Shown: positions 1 to 9,170, numbered from the stretch's first letter. The stretch is 30,592 nt of DNA from Saprospiraceae bacterium (GCA_043753405.1 JAYUWT010000334.1:1-30592); one strand, 5' to 3'. Program-made: numbers and translations. The notes: generated from the letters alone by a model not told the origin.

Positions 1-1
1 C

Positions 2-193
2 AACTTTTTATATCTTAATTGTATGGAGAAAAAATTTGTTGTAGATAGTTTCAACCATTTGGACAATTATAAAAATTTCAGGACTTTCTCAGCTTCTCCT
101 GAAAAAATTGCTATCAAAAGAAACAAATTAATAACTAATTCCAAAACAGAAAATTATAAATTGAAAACAATTTATAAAAAAGAAATTCTTTAA
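2..193 (+). CDS. probable 3' end of an upstream CDS (partial, unknown product)
   Basis: Frame is open from the window edge to TAA at 191-193 (NFLYLNCMEKKFVVDSFNHL...YKKEIL). No recognisable motif; the sequence is AT-rich, so a chance ORF is possible. Confidence 0.4.
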   Translation, partial: NFLYLNCMEKKFVVDSFNHLDNYKNFRTFSASPEKIAIKRNKLITNSKTENYKLKTIYKKEIL

Positions 194-212
194 TAAGTAA
201 ATTTAAATCTAA

Positions 213-563
213 ATGATAAAAACCTCAATTTTCTTTCTAGTATTCCTCTTTCTTCACATCTCTTCCTTCTCCCAAACCCAGGCGGAAATGAACCTGGAAG
301 CACATGAAAACTATAAAAAAGCAGATGCAGAATTAAATAAAGTTTATAAGGAATTGATGAAATTGCTTGATAAAAACGATGTAGAATTATTAAAGAAAGC
401 CCAAAACAATTGGATCAGATATCGCGATTCTCATTGTACGTTCGAATCTCAGCCATATGAGGGAGGAAGTATTCAGTCTTTGATCCAGAATGCATGTCTT
501 GAAGCCGTTACAAAAACCAGGATCGATGAGTTGAAAGTAAGCATTTCAGATCGGGATATGTGA
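213..563 (+). CDS. LprI/DUF1311 lysozyme-inhibitor-like exported protein
   Basis: Signal peptide, then AQTQAEMN-like SQTQAEMN...ADAELNKVYK...LKKAQNNWIRYRDSHC...CL pattern typical of DUF1311. Confidence 0.85.
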   Translation: MIKTSIFFLVFLFLHISSFSQTQAEMNLEAHENYKKADAELNKVYKELMKLLDKNDVELLKKAQNNWIRYRDSHCTFESQPYEGGSIQSLIQNACLEAVTKTRIDELKVSISDRDM

Positions 564-712
564 TCTCATCCCTCATAGGCTTTAATAAAAACTGGTAAAT
601 GATTAATATTCTTAATGGATTTTTTACAAAAAATTATAATTTATATTGAATTCAACAGTAATGCAGGCATATGGGAAAGTTTTGGCAATGGGATCGATCC
701 AAAGACATAATT

Positions 713-1195
713 ATGGAAAAAGCTTTAACGGATAAAAACTATTTACTCGAGAAATACCCGGGCAAGGGTGGCTGGACGTATGTGATAATTCCTGAAGTCG
801 AGCAAGATAAAAAAGCTCCATTTGGATGGGTAAAAGTGAAAGGAACAATAGACAACTTTGAGATAAAAAATTATAAATTAATGCCTATGGGAAACGGTAG
901 ATTATTCCTGCCGGTAAAAGCGGAGATCAGAAAAAAAATCAAAAAAGAAAAAGGAGATTGGATAAAGGTCGTTTTATATGAGGATCATGATGAAATGGAA
1001 ATCACTGAAGAACTCATTCTATGCCTGAAGGAAAGCGATACTTACCAACTTTTCATGGCCAGCTCAGAGGGTGAAAAGAAAGCTTTTGTGGACTGGATCT
1101 ATGAGGCGAAAACTGAAAAAACAAAGGTGGACCGCATCACGAGGACTATTTATAAACTGCAGATGGGATTAAAATTTGCCGATAAAATTAATTGA
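713..1195 (+). CDS. DUF1905 + YdeI/OmpD-associated domain protein
   Basis: GKGGWTYV, GWVKVKGTID, LMPMGNGRLFLPVKAEIRKKI (DUF1905) and C-terminal WIYEAKTEKTKVDRI. Start moved to ATG 713 rather than 671. Confidence 0.85.
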   Translation: MEKALTDKNYLLEKYPGKGGWTYVIIPEVEQDKKAPFGWVKVKGTIDNFEIKNYKLMPMGNGRLFLPVKAEIRKKIKKEKGDWIKVVLYEDHDEMEITEELILCLKESDTYQLFMASSEGEKKAFVDWIYEAKTEKTKVDRITRTIYKLQMGLKFADKIN

Positions 1196-1212
1196 TCAAA
1201 GTTTGGAAGGTT

Positions 1213-1220
1213 TATATTTG
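1213..1220 (+). promoter_or_regulatory. Bacteroidota sigma-ABfr -7 element (TATATTTG)
   Basis: Exact TAnnTTTG match upstream of ATG 1286, with TTG at 1192-1194 as a possible -33 element. Confidence 0.55.
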
Positions 1221-1285
1221 TTAGCATTATATATCTGGTCAACATTAACTTCTTTTTTATTCTCCAATCCAAAAATTATAAAAGA

Positions 1286-2167
1286 ATGATACATCAAAAT
1301 AAACTATGGATCTTGTTACTCTTTAGTATGATGATTTCGTGCAAGAAATCTGAAACTTCTCAAAATGTTACGAACGATCCATCAATTACGATAGACAACA
1401 ATGGCGTCAATATTGAATATGAGGACAGCGGACTGGGCGATACTACCCTCCTCCTTGTTCATGGATGGGGTATCAACAAGGAATATTGGGTAGACCAGGT
1501 CAAATATTTTTCTGATGAATACAGGGTCGTCACTGTTGACCTGCCTGGTTTCGGGCAGTCAGGAAAAAACAGAAAAAACTGGTCAGTAGAAGAATATGGA
1601 AAAGACCTCACCAAGGTTATTAATAAACTTGATCTTGAAAATGTGATCATTGTAGGTCATTCCATGAGTGGGGCTATTGTGCTCGAGACCGCTTTAAAAA
1701 ACCCTGAAAAAATAATCGGTGTCGTGAGTATTGACAATTTTAAAAATACAGGAGTGCCTGTAACTGCCGAATCAAAAGCCGAAAATGAAAAGATATTTGC
1801 ATCGATCCGGGCCAGATTTAAGGCTTCGATAGCTGGGTATGCCAATCAGGCTTTATTTTCTAAAGAAACCGATACGCTTATCAAACAAAGGGTGGTCAAC
1901 GATATGATCAGCTCTGATTCTATCATAGCCGTGGACTGTATGGAGGAGGGTGAAAAATATCCACTGGATGACAAGCTAAGATCTTTGGATAAAACACTCT
2001 ACCTCATAAACAGTACGTATTATCCAACAGATACTGTGGCTTTTACCAGAAATAAAATTGATTTTAAATTGTTTCAACAAAATGGTGTAGGCCACTATGG
2101 CATGATCGAAAAACCGGATGACTTCAATTTGCTTTTAAATAAAGTGATCCGGGATATAAAACAATAG
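1286..2167 (+). CDS. alpha/beta hydrolase, lipoprotein
   Basis: Lipobox MISC, oxyanion motif LVHGWG, nucleophile elbow GHSMSG, C-terminal His motif GVGHYGM. Confidence 0.9.
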   Translation: MIHQNKLWILLLFSMMISCKKSETSQNVTNDPSITIDNNGVNIEYEDSGLGDTTLLLVHGWGINKEYWVDQVKYFSDEYRVVTVDLPGFGQSGKNRKNWSVEEYGKDLTKVINKLDLENVIIVGHSMSGAIVLETALKNPEKIIGVVSIDNFKNTGVPVTAESKAENEKIFASIRARFKASIAGYANQALFSKETDTLIKQRVVNDMISSDSIIAVDCMEEGEKYPLDDKLRSLDKTLYLINSTYYPTDTVAFTRNKIDFKLFQQNGVGHYGMIEKPDDFNLLLNKVIRDIKQ

Positions 2168-2403
2168 TTTAGCGGATTTTGGGATATTGGCAGGATATAT
2201 TCTCGTCCTCTGGTTTTTGGCTTCGTTTACTTTGAAGGAATCTGAATGAAATGATCCATCGAATTACGAACACCGAAAGTTGATCAGCGAACAGTTGCTC
2301 AGAATATACTGTTGTTTAAAATTCGTTCAACTCCTTATTTGCATTTATTTAAATACAGGAATTCTTTTAGGAAAAGTGGCATTATAGTTAAAATGAAAAA
2401 ATT

Positions 2404-2850
2404 ATGGATCCAAAGAAAATACTTACCTCAGCGATCGTTGGAACTTCAGCCATGTCCTTGTTCAGTTATATTGTTTCAAAATTGGAGGACAAAGATTTCC
2501 GCGAACCTGTAGTACTTGCAAAGCTCCTAAAAAAACTCCCACTGGAAATGGACAAACATGAAAGGTTAATAGCTGGGTGGATCGGCCATTATGGTGTAGG
2601 TGTTATGTTTACCACGCTGTATGACCAATTGTGGGGTCGAAAAATAATTAAACCCGGCATTGGATCCGGTTTGTTGTTTGGGGCCCTGGGAGGGCTAACG
2701 GGAGTTATCGTATGGAAGATCACTTTCTTGTTACATCCACGCCCACCCTCAAAAGACCTTAAAGCTTATTTTAGTCATTTACTACTCGCACATCTGGTGT
2801 TTGGGGCGTTTTCAGCTGTGGGGTATAATTTGGTGGATGGGAAGGAGTAG
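2404..2850 (+). CDS. hypothetical 4-TM membrane protein (DUF2938/DUF1440-like)
   Basis: Four hydrophobic segments; GTSAMSLFSY, GWIGHYGVG, AHLVFG motifs. Confidence 0.75.
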   Translation: MDPKKILTSAIVGTSAMSLFSYIVSKLEDKDFREPVVLAKLLKKLPLEMDKHERLIAGWIGHYGVGVMFTTLYDQLWGRKIIKPGIGSGLLFGALGGLTGVIVWKITFLLHPRPPSKDLKAYFSHLLLAHLVFGAFSAVGYNLVDGKE

Positions 2851-2962
2851 TGATATAAAATCAATCTCTAAGAATAGGTTGAACCTAGTATTATGGGAAT
2901 ATTCTTCACACGGGCACGAGTTAAAAACTCGCGCCAGCGTTGGAATGAGGAGTAAAGAACAC

Positions 2963-2993
2963 AAAAAAAGCCGATCAAAATTGACCGGCTTTT
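2963..2993. terminator. intrinsic (bidirectional) terminator downstream of tRNA-Asn
   Basis: AAAAAAAGCCGATCAA-AA-TTGACCGGCTTTT hairpin with A/T tracts on both sides. Confidence 0.75.
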
Positions 2994-2994
2994 G

Positions 2995-3068
2995 CTCCCC
3001 CTGCAGGACTTGAACCTGCGACCCTCTGATTAACAGTCAGATGCTCTAACCAGCTGAGCTAAGGAGGA
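2995..3068 (-). tRNA. tRNA-Asn(GTT)
   Basis: Reverse complement folds as a full cloverleaf: TCCTCCT/AGGGGGA acceptor, anticodon loop CTGTTAA, T-loop TTCAAGT. CCA is not encoded. Confidence 0.97.
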
Positions 3069-3112
3069 ATGTTATTTTAATCAGAAACCTAGTTCCTTCT
3101 TAAAAAGCTCGG

Positions 3113-3120
3113 CAAAAGTA
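3113..3120 (-). promoter_or_regulatory. -7 element (TACTTTTG) for tRNA-Asn
   Basis: Exact TAnnTTTG on the minus strand about 45 nt upstream of the tRNA. Confidence 0.6.
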
Positions 3121-3164
3121 AGTTTTATTATTTTAATTTTACAATCTTTGCGAAAATATTTTTA

Positions 3165-4079
3165 ATGAAGTTAGTAACTGTTGGAACAGTAGCATTTGAT
3201 GATATCGAAACACCTCGCGGAAGAGCAGAAATGGTCATAGGAGGTGCAGCAACATATATAAGTAGGTCAGCATCTTTTTTTATTGAGAGTCAGGGTATTG
3301 TATCTGTAATTGGAGGTGACTTTCCTGAAAAGGAATTGGATGAAATGAAGTCCCTGGGAATTGATATTGATGGAATCCAGATAAAGAAAGATGAAAAATC
3401 GTTTTTCTGGGCAGGAAGATATCACGACAATATGAACAAAAGGGACACCCTGATCACTGATCTGAATGTCCTGGCTAACTTTGAACCTAAACTTCCGGAG
3501 TCATACAGGTCAGCTGAATACCTAATGCTTGGGAACCTGACACCTGATATTCAGATGGATGTTCTTAAGCAGATGCATTCACGTCCCAAATTGGTTGTCC
3601 TTGATACAATGAATTTCTGGATGGATGTAGCTTTTGACGGTTTGGTTTCGGTTTTAAAAAAGATCGATGTCCTTACGATCAACGATGAAGAAGCCCGCCA
3701 ATTAAGTGGTGAGTACTCTTTGGTCAATGCTGCAGCTGTGATACACAATATGGGCCCAAAATACCTAATTATTAAAAAAGGTGAACATGGAGCACTTCTA
3801 TTTCACGAAGGTTTGGTATTCTCATTCCCGGCATTACCAATTGCAGAAGTAATGGACCCAACAGGTGCAGGCGATACCTTCGCCGGAGGATTCATTGGAT
3901 ATTTGGCTAAAACCGAGGATTTGTCTTTCAATAATATGAAAAAGGCTATAGTTTACGCTTCTGTCATGGCCTCCTACTGTGTTGAGGATTTTTCCTTGAC
4001 TAAACTTAAGGAATTAACACAGCTGGATATTTCAAACAGGGTGGATGAATTCAGGTCACTTACGCAGTTTGCTATTTAA
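3165..4079 (+). CDS. PfkB/ribokinase-family carbohydrate or nucleoside kinase
   Basis: GGAATY N-terminal motif, INDEEA, DPTGAGDTFAGGF PfkB signature. Confidence 0.93.
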   Translation: MKLVTVGTVAFDDIETPRGRAEMVIGGAATYISRSASFFIESQGIVSVIGGDFPEKELDEMKSLGIDIDGIQIKKDEKSFFWAGRYHDNMNKRDTLITDLNVLANFEPKLPESYRSAEYLMLGNLTPDIQMDVLKQMHSRPKLVVLDTMNFWMDVAFDGLVSVLKKIDVLTINDEEARQLSGEYSLVNAAAVIHNMGPKYLIIKKGEHGALLFHEGLVFSFPALPIAEVMDPTGAGDTFAGGFIGYLAKTEDLSFNNMKKAIVYASVMASYCVEDFSLTKLKELTQLDISNRVDEFRSLTQFAI

Positions 4080-4191
4080 AAACATAAATTGAGAAATTGA
4101 TTTCCTAATGACTTTCCCTTTTTAGGACGAACTGTTACAATTTGCGGACTAAACGTTGGCAAGGCATAAAAGAAGTAAGGTTCAGATAGTT

Positions 4192-4199
4192 TATATTTG
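4192..4199 (+). promoter_or_regulatory. -7 element (TATATTTG)
   Basis: Exact TAnnTTTG 30 nt upstream of ATG 4230. Confidence 0.55.
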
Positions 4200-4229
4200 T
4201 TTATTGTTTTACACATAAATAAATATAAT

Positions 4230-5258
4230 ATGAATAAGCTTTTTATTTGTTTAGTATTTTTATTCTCCGGTCTTGGTGCAATAGGACAAACACAATTGAC
4301 CGTGCCTGAAGCAAGCCAGTCTGCATCTATTTCTCAGCGTATCGGGATCACTGATATAAGGATCGATTATCACAGTCCCCTTGCCAAAGGAAGGGAAGTA
4401 TGGGGCAAGTTAGTACCTTACAATGAAGTTTGGCGTGCAGGAGCCAACGAGAATACTACTATTACATTTACTCATGATGTCAAAATCGAAGGTACTCCCG
4501 TACCGGCCGGAAGATATGGCCTTCATATGATACCTACTGAAAAAGAATGGACCGTTATTTTATCCAAAAACGCTGATGCCTGGGGTAGCTTTTTTTACAA
4601 ACAGTCCGAAGATGTTGCCCGTGTTAAGGTGATACCCACCGCAGGTAATATGCAGGATTGGTTAAGTTATACATTTATGGACCCTAAGGATCAGTCTGTC
4701 ATCGTCGCTCTGAGATGGGAAAAAATATCCGTGCCTTTTAAGATCAATGTAGATGTTCCTGAGATTGTGTTCCAAAATATGAACAAAGAATTAACAGGGC
4801 TCAATGGGTTTTTCTGGCAAGGTTACAATCAGGCTGCTGCTTATAGTTTCCGAAACAATGTACATATGGATAAAGCATATGAGTGGGCAGACAGATCTAT
4901 TAACATTCAACCCAATTTTACTAACCTAACCACAAAAGCAAAGATGCTTGAAAAGCAGGGAAAAAAAGACGAAGCTACTGCATTGCATGCAAAGGCAGTT
5001 CCATTGGCAGATGAAATTCAGTTGAATGCTTACGGTTACGAATTGATGGGTGCCGGCAATACAAAAGAGGCCATTGAAATATTCAGATTGAATGTAAAAA
5101 AATATCCCGGTTCATGGAATGTTTATGACAGTCTTGCCGAGGCCCTCCAAAACATGGGTGATAAAAAAGGAGCGTTGGAAAATTATAAATTGGCCCTGAC
5201 TAAAGCTCCGGATAATCAGAAAAAACGCTTGCAGACCACGATCAATTCTCTGATGTAA
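4230..5258 (+). CDS. DUF2911 domain protein with C-terminal TPRs
   Basis: Signal peptide; IDYHSP..KGREVWGKLVPYNEVWRAGANENT (DUF2911); TPR-like end (AIEIFRLNVKKYPGSWNVYDSLAEA). ATG 4230 preferred over 4197. Confidence 0.9.
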   Translation: MNKLFICLVFLFSGLGAIGQTQLTVPEASQSASISQRIGITDIRIDYHSPLAKGREVWGKLVPYNEVWRAGANENTTITFTHDVKIEGTPVPAGRYGLHMIPTEKEWTVILSKNADAWGSFFYKQSEDVARVKVIPTAGNMQDWLSYTFMDPKDQSVIVALRWEKISVPFKINVDVPEIVFQNMNKELTGLNGFFWQGYNQAAAYSFRNNVHMDKAYEWADRSINIQPNFTNLTTKAKMLEKQGKKDEATALHAKAVPLADEIQLNAYGYELMGAGNTKEAIEIFRLNVKKYPGSWNVYDSLAEALQNMGDKKGALENYKLALTKAPDNQKKRLQTTINSLM

Positions 5259-5332
5259 GCTTTTTGATTTCTAAATATGTGATCACAAACAACTATTAAT
5301 CGGTACATAATTTTAATTCATCCCAGCGAGCT

Positions 5333-5361
5333 AAAGCCGGTCATTTTTGATCGGCTTTTTT
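5333..5361 (+). terminator. intrinsic terminator of the DUF2911 gene; near-identical to the reverse complement of 2964-2992
   Basis: AAAGCCGGTCA-TTTT-TGATCGGCTTTTTT hairpin followed by a T-tract. Confidence 0.75.
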
Positions 5362-5396
5362 AATTATATCAATTAACAAAATTTAACCTGGGAAAT

Positions 5397-5436
5397 AAAA
5401 AATCCGGTTAAAAATTAATCTTTAACCGGATCTTTT
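5397..5436 (-). terminator. intrinsic terminator of the vWA gene
   Basis: 11-bp stem ATCCGGTTAAA/TTTAACCGGAT (5402-5412/5421-5431) with flanking A/T tracts. Confidence 0.75.
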
Positions 5437-5454
5437 AGAAATATTCAGATTTCA

Positions 5455-6084
5455 TTACTTCGTAAAATATCCCGAATTTGTCTCCTCCTTATTCCTGATC
5501 TTCTCACTATACATTTTGCGAGCCGTGTGTTCCTTTTGGAACATTTCAGTCATGCCCGCTTCCGTTTTCTGCCATGTCAAAGTATTCTCAATTGAAATAG
5601 ATCTGGCAAATTTTTCTACATCATGATCAGCTCCGATGTAAGTAAATGTCCACTTCTTTTGTTTCAACTCTTCGATCAGTGTTTTTATAGCCGGACCTGT
5701 AAATTCCTTTGAAGCATTTTCTGCTCCATCTGTCAAAATGGTTACCAAAACATTGTATTCAGATACATTTTGAAGGATCTGTCTTAATTTTCCAAAACTA
5801 AATCCCATTGCATCATAAAGCGGCGTCGAGGCATTTGGTTGATACCTATTAGCATCGATCTCATTCAATTTACTGACGGGGTCCATGTAGTGCAGGATCT
5901 TGTGACCAAGACCATTAAAAGAAACCAGTGATATGAAGTGTTCCTGTTCCTGATATCCGGATTCAATGCCTTTGATGGTCTGGACGATCTCGTTGAATCC
6001 CTTTATAATGTTGTCTTTGATCCCATGCATGGAACCACTTTCGTCCAGGATGATGAGGTTGTGCACGTGATGTTTGTTGCTCAT
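5455..6084 (-). CDS. stand-alone vWA domain protein with intact MIDAS
   Basis: IILDESGSM (DxSxS), STPLYDA, ILTDGAENAS. ATG 6084 (MSNKHH) preferred over 6141. Confidence 0.88.
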   Translation of the reverse strand: MSNKHHVHNLIILDESGSMHGIKDNIIKGFNEIVQTIKGIESGYQEQEHFISLVSFNGLGHKILHYMDPVSKLNEIDANRYQPNASTPLYDAMGFSFGKLRQILQNVSEYNVLVTILTDGAENASKEFTGPAIKTLIEELKQKKWTFTYIGADHDVEKFARSISIENTLTWQKTEAGMTEMFQKEHTARKMYSEKIRNKEETNSGYFTK

Positions 6085-6567
6085 TTTTAAATTTTTTAAA
6101 TGATGATGAAATAATAAATAGCAATCAAACCAAACAACCAAATATCATGGATTACCGGATGATGAAATATAACTACTAACAATAAATAACCCGCGTTTTT
6201 AAAATTAGTTCCTAAATTATTTTATTTAATTTTTGGAGGAATATACTCTACTGAAGGTCCCTTTGGAGGGGGAAGGCAAAAGTCTTTGATATGGTTTTTT
6301 AAAATACTATCCAGCTTGATAGTGTCTACTGTAGCCATTCCAACCCTACTCTACATCAAATAAGTTAATTTTTTAATCCTTGATCTAGATAAATTCTGAT
6401 TTTATAAATGTAATCAATCCTGTTCGCTTTCGCCATTCAAATGTCTTTTGATTAAATTTTATTTCAATAATATGAAGCACTTTTATTTTGATTGTCAGCA
6501 CTTTACAAATATTTTACACATTATAAAAAAATTTATGTGTTAAATTGTTTTCCCTAAGATAATAAAC

Positions 6568-6585
6568 GTACGAATTATTTCGTAC
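6568..6585. promoter_or_regulatory. putative BlaI operator palindrome GTACGAA-TTAT-TTCGTAC
   Basis: Perfect 7-bp arms, 31 nt upstream of the blaI start; BlaI/MecI/CopY repressors autoregulate through TAC..GTA palindromes. Confidence 0.65.
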
Positions 6586-6616
6586 CTTTATCATATTGTT
6601 AATCAAAACAGGTAAA

Positions 6617-6988
6617 ATGAATTTCGATCCAACCAAATCCGAACTGGAGATCCTACAAGTCCTCTGGCAACATGGCCCCTCCACGGTGCGGTTTATCAAC
6701 GATAAACTCAACGAAACGAAGGAGGTGACCTATACTTCTACGCTAAAGCTCATGCAGATCATGGCAGAAAAAAAGATATTAAAAAGGGACGAAAGTAACA
6801 TGAAGCACATCTACCACGTCATAGAAAAGGAAGAAAAAGCAAAAGAGTATCTCCTGGATAAATTTGTGGATACCATGTTTGGAGGTTCGGCGAGTGGCCT
6901 GATGATGCAACTACTCGGTAATAAATCCACTTCCAAAGATGAGATCCAGGCCATCAGATCTTTATTGGAAAAAATGGAAGAGGAATAA
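6617..6988 (+). CDS. BlaI/MecI/CopY family transcriptional repressor
   Basis: PTKSELEILQVLWQHGPSTVRFINDKL...YTSTLKLMQIMAEKKILKR...FGGSASGLMMQLL. Confidence 0.95.
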   Translation: MNFDPTKSELEILQVLWQHGPSTVRFINDKLNETKEVTYTSTLKLMQIMAEKKILKRDESNMKHIYHVIEKEEKAKEYLLDKFVDTMFGGSASGLMMQLLGNKSTSKDEIQAIRSLLEKMEEE

Positions 6989-7015
6989 TTATTATAAAAA
7001 TCAAAAACATCAGCA

Positions 7016-9052
7016 ATGATCTCTAAAGTTATATTTTTCACTTTGATACATTCCCTCTGGATAGGACTCGTAGTAGCTATCATTTGCGGAATAATATTAT
7101 TGTCCACAAAAAAAGCAACACCCCATTTTCGGTACAATTTATTAAGCGCGAGCCTGACCCTGTTCACTTTAGGAATCACCTATGCGGCATGGTATGAATT
7201 CAATATTGCGGCCACATCTGCTGAATTACAAGGGCTAAACTTTTACTGGCGTGAAATAGATACTATGATCCCCGCATTCTTTTCTCCCGAAAAAAATTCA
7301 GTTTATGAAAATATCATACAGATCCTTTCTGATTGGAAAATGAGCTTACTGGAATATTCCAATCCCCTCCTATGGATCTGGTCCATCGTGATGAGTTATA
7401 AGGTCCTACAATTATTCAGGTCAATGCAACACATTAACAAACTTAAAAAAACGGGTTTATTGGCCTTGGACGAACAACTCTTATTAAAGTCTGAAAGCCT
7501 CAGGGAGCAATTTAAGATCAGCGCCGCAGTAAAACTATTTTACTCAAGCATGGCCGCCGTTCCACAGGTCATTGGCTGGCTGAAACCTGTGGTCCTCATA
7601 CCCATCGGACTTATCAACCATCTGAGTCCTCAACAGGTAGAAGCAGTGATCGCCCATGAACTGGCCCACATCAAGCGCAGGGACTACATCATTAATTGTC
7701 TTCAATATGTGCTGGAAATATTCTTCTTTTTCAATCCATTTCTGTTATGGATCTCCTATAAGATCAAAGAAGAAAGAGAACATTGCTGTGATGATCTCGT
7801 AATGGTCACCCACTACCGAAAAAAAGATTATATCAAAGCACTCATCGTGTGCAGCGAATATTCTGCTTATACACCGGTGCAAGCACTAACACTTATAAAA
7901 GGAAAAAATCAATTATTAAAAAGGGTAACCCGATTACTAACCAATCAAAATCTAACATTTAATAACATGGAAAAATTTGTATTGATCTGCTTGTCATTAT
8001 TTATGATAAGTTTCGCCAGCCTGTATGGAACCAAAATCAAAGACCTTCCCGTCATCGAATATCTTAGCGACAAAATCAATGAATTTCAATCCGATACCAT
8101 TAAACCAAAAGTGGAACATAAGATCAGGATAGAAAAAAGCACCATTACCACAGATAAAGATGGTGTAAAAAAAGAAGAAAAAATACTGATAGACACATCA
8201 TACACGACAGATGAAGAAAACCTGGGGCATGGGCCCATCATTCTGGATGGTGGAAAATTTATTTTTCCTCCTTCAGAACCTTTTATGGTGCCATTCCCTA
8301 ATAATACATTTACCTGGAAAGGCTTTCCCGAAAATGAACTTTTTGAAGAGGGTTTATCTGATGAAGACCGAAGGCAACTAAATGATGAGATGAAAGATGT
8401 GACCATTTATCTTAGAGAAAATGGCAAGGTCATCGAGCGTCACATCAAAGATGCCACCGTCCATTTTAATGAATGGAATAAGGCAAACAAACAACAACAA
8501 AAGGAATTATTCAGGTACCATAAAGAGGGCAATGAGCACAGAATAAATATCAATGAGGAAGAAATAAAAAGAATGGCGGAAGAGGCCGGACGTTACTTTT
8601 CAGAGCATGCAGAAGAATTGAAAAGAGAACTTGGCAAATTGGATCAATTAAGAGATTTGGAGATTAATATAAGAGTGCCGGGTGAACATCCTGAAAACTT
8701 CAATTTTAATTATAATAAATCAGACATTGAAGAAAGGCATATCAAACTGAAAAGAGAAAAAGAGATGAAGCAAAAGGACAAAGAAATGTTAAAAAAAGAT
8801 TTTAAAATGAATTTCGGACCTGACAGGATGTTTATGGAAAGACCATCTAAGATGAATGATCCTAAGATGGAACAAATACACAATATGCTGATCCTTGACA
8901 AGATCATCACGGCAGGCTCACTGAGGTCTATCAGCCTGGACGACAATCAATTCATAGTCAATGGTGTGATCCAGTCTAAGAAAGTTCATAAAAAATATAA
9001 AAAAATGTTCCTCAAAGGAGATGATGATCGACTTAAGTTAAATTACATGTAA
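7016..9052 (+). CDS. M56 family (BlaR1-like) membrane metallopeptidase / signal transducer
   Basis: N-terminal TM helices, PQVIGWLKPVVLIP, zinc motif HELAH, FFFNPF, EREHCCDD. Long charged C-terminal region without a penicillin-binding domain. Confidence 0.92.
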   Translation: MISKVIFFTLIHSLWIGLVVAIICGIILLSTKKATPHFRYNLLSASLTLFTLGITYAAWYEFNIAATSAELQGLNFYWREIDTMIPAFFSPEKNSVYENIIQILSDWKMSLLEYSNPLLWIWSIVMSYKVLQLFRSMQHINKLKKTGLLALDEQLLLKSESLREQFKISAAVKLFYSSMAAVPQVIGWLKPVVLIPIGLINHLSPQQVEAVIAHELAHIKRRDYIINCLQYVLEIFFFFNPFLLWISYKIKEEREHCCDDLVMVTHYRKKDYIKALIVCSEYSAYTPVQALTLIKGKNQLLKRVTRLLTNQNLTFNNMEKFVLICLSLFMISFASLYGTKIKDLPVIEYLSDKINEFQSDTIKPKVEHKIRIEKSTITTDKDGVKKEEKILIDTSYTTDEENLGHGPIILDGGKFIFPPSEPFMVPFPNNTFTWKGFPENELFEEGLSDEDRRQLNDEMKDVTIYLRENGKVIERHIKDATVHFNEWNKANKQQQKELFRYHKEGNEHRININEEEIKRMAEEAGRYFSEHAEELKRELGKLDQLRDLEINIRVPGEHPENFNFNYNKSDIEERHIKLKREKEMKQKDKEMLKKDFKMNFGPDRMFMERPSKMNDPKMEQIHNMLILDKIITAGSLRSISLDDNQFIVNGVIQSKKVHKKYKKMFLKGDDDRLKLNYM

Positions 9053-9170
9053 TCCGTTCAAAGAAAAAATTACTTTCAAAACGGTAATTTGTTATATGGT
9101 TATATCAAGTTTTTAACTGCAAAAGAAGTAAAAATTCATCAGAGTTAACTTCCGGCATATTAAGCAGTAA

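Noticed and set aside
2168-2310. Open minus-strand stretch (TVYSEQLFADQ...YPKIR) as a pseudogene fragment
   Set aside because: No start codon and no recognisable homology.
1-2993. Genomic island integrated at the tRNA-Asn 3' end
   Set aside because: The genes are accessory-type, but no att duplicate, integrase or edge repeat is visible in the window.
2312-3013. ORFs 2312-2512 and 2801-3013
   Set aside because: They overlap the better-supported membrane-protein gene, terminator and tRNA-Asn; no motifs.
6222-6338. 38-codon minus-strand ORF MATVDTIKLD...PPKIK upstream of the vWA gene
   Set aside because: No recognisable motif, no exact -7 element and an in-frame stop just upstream; cannot be distinguished from chance.
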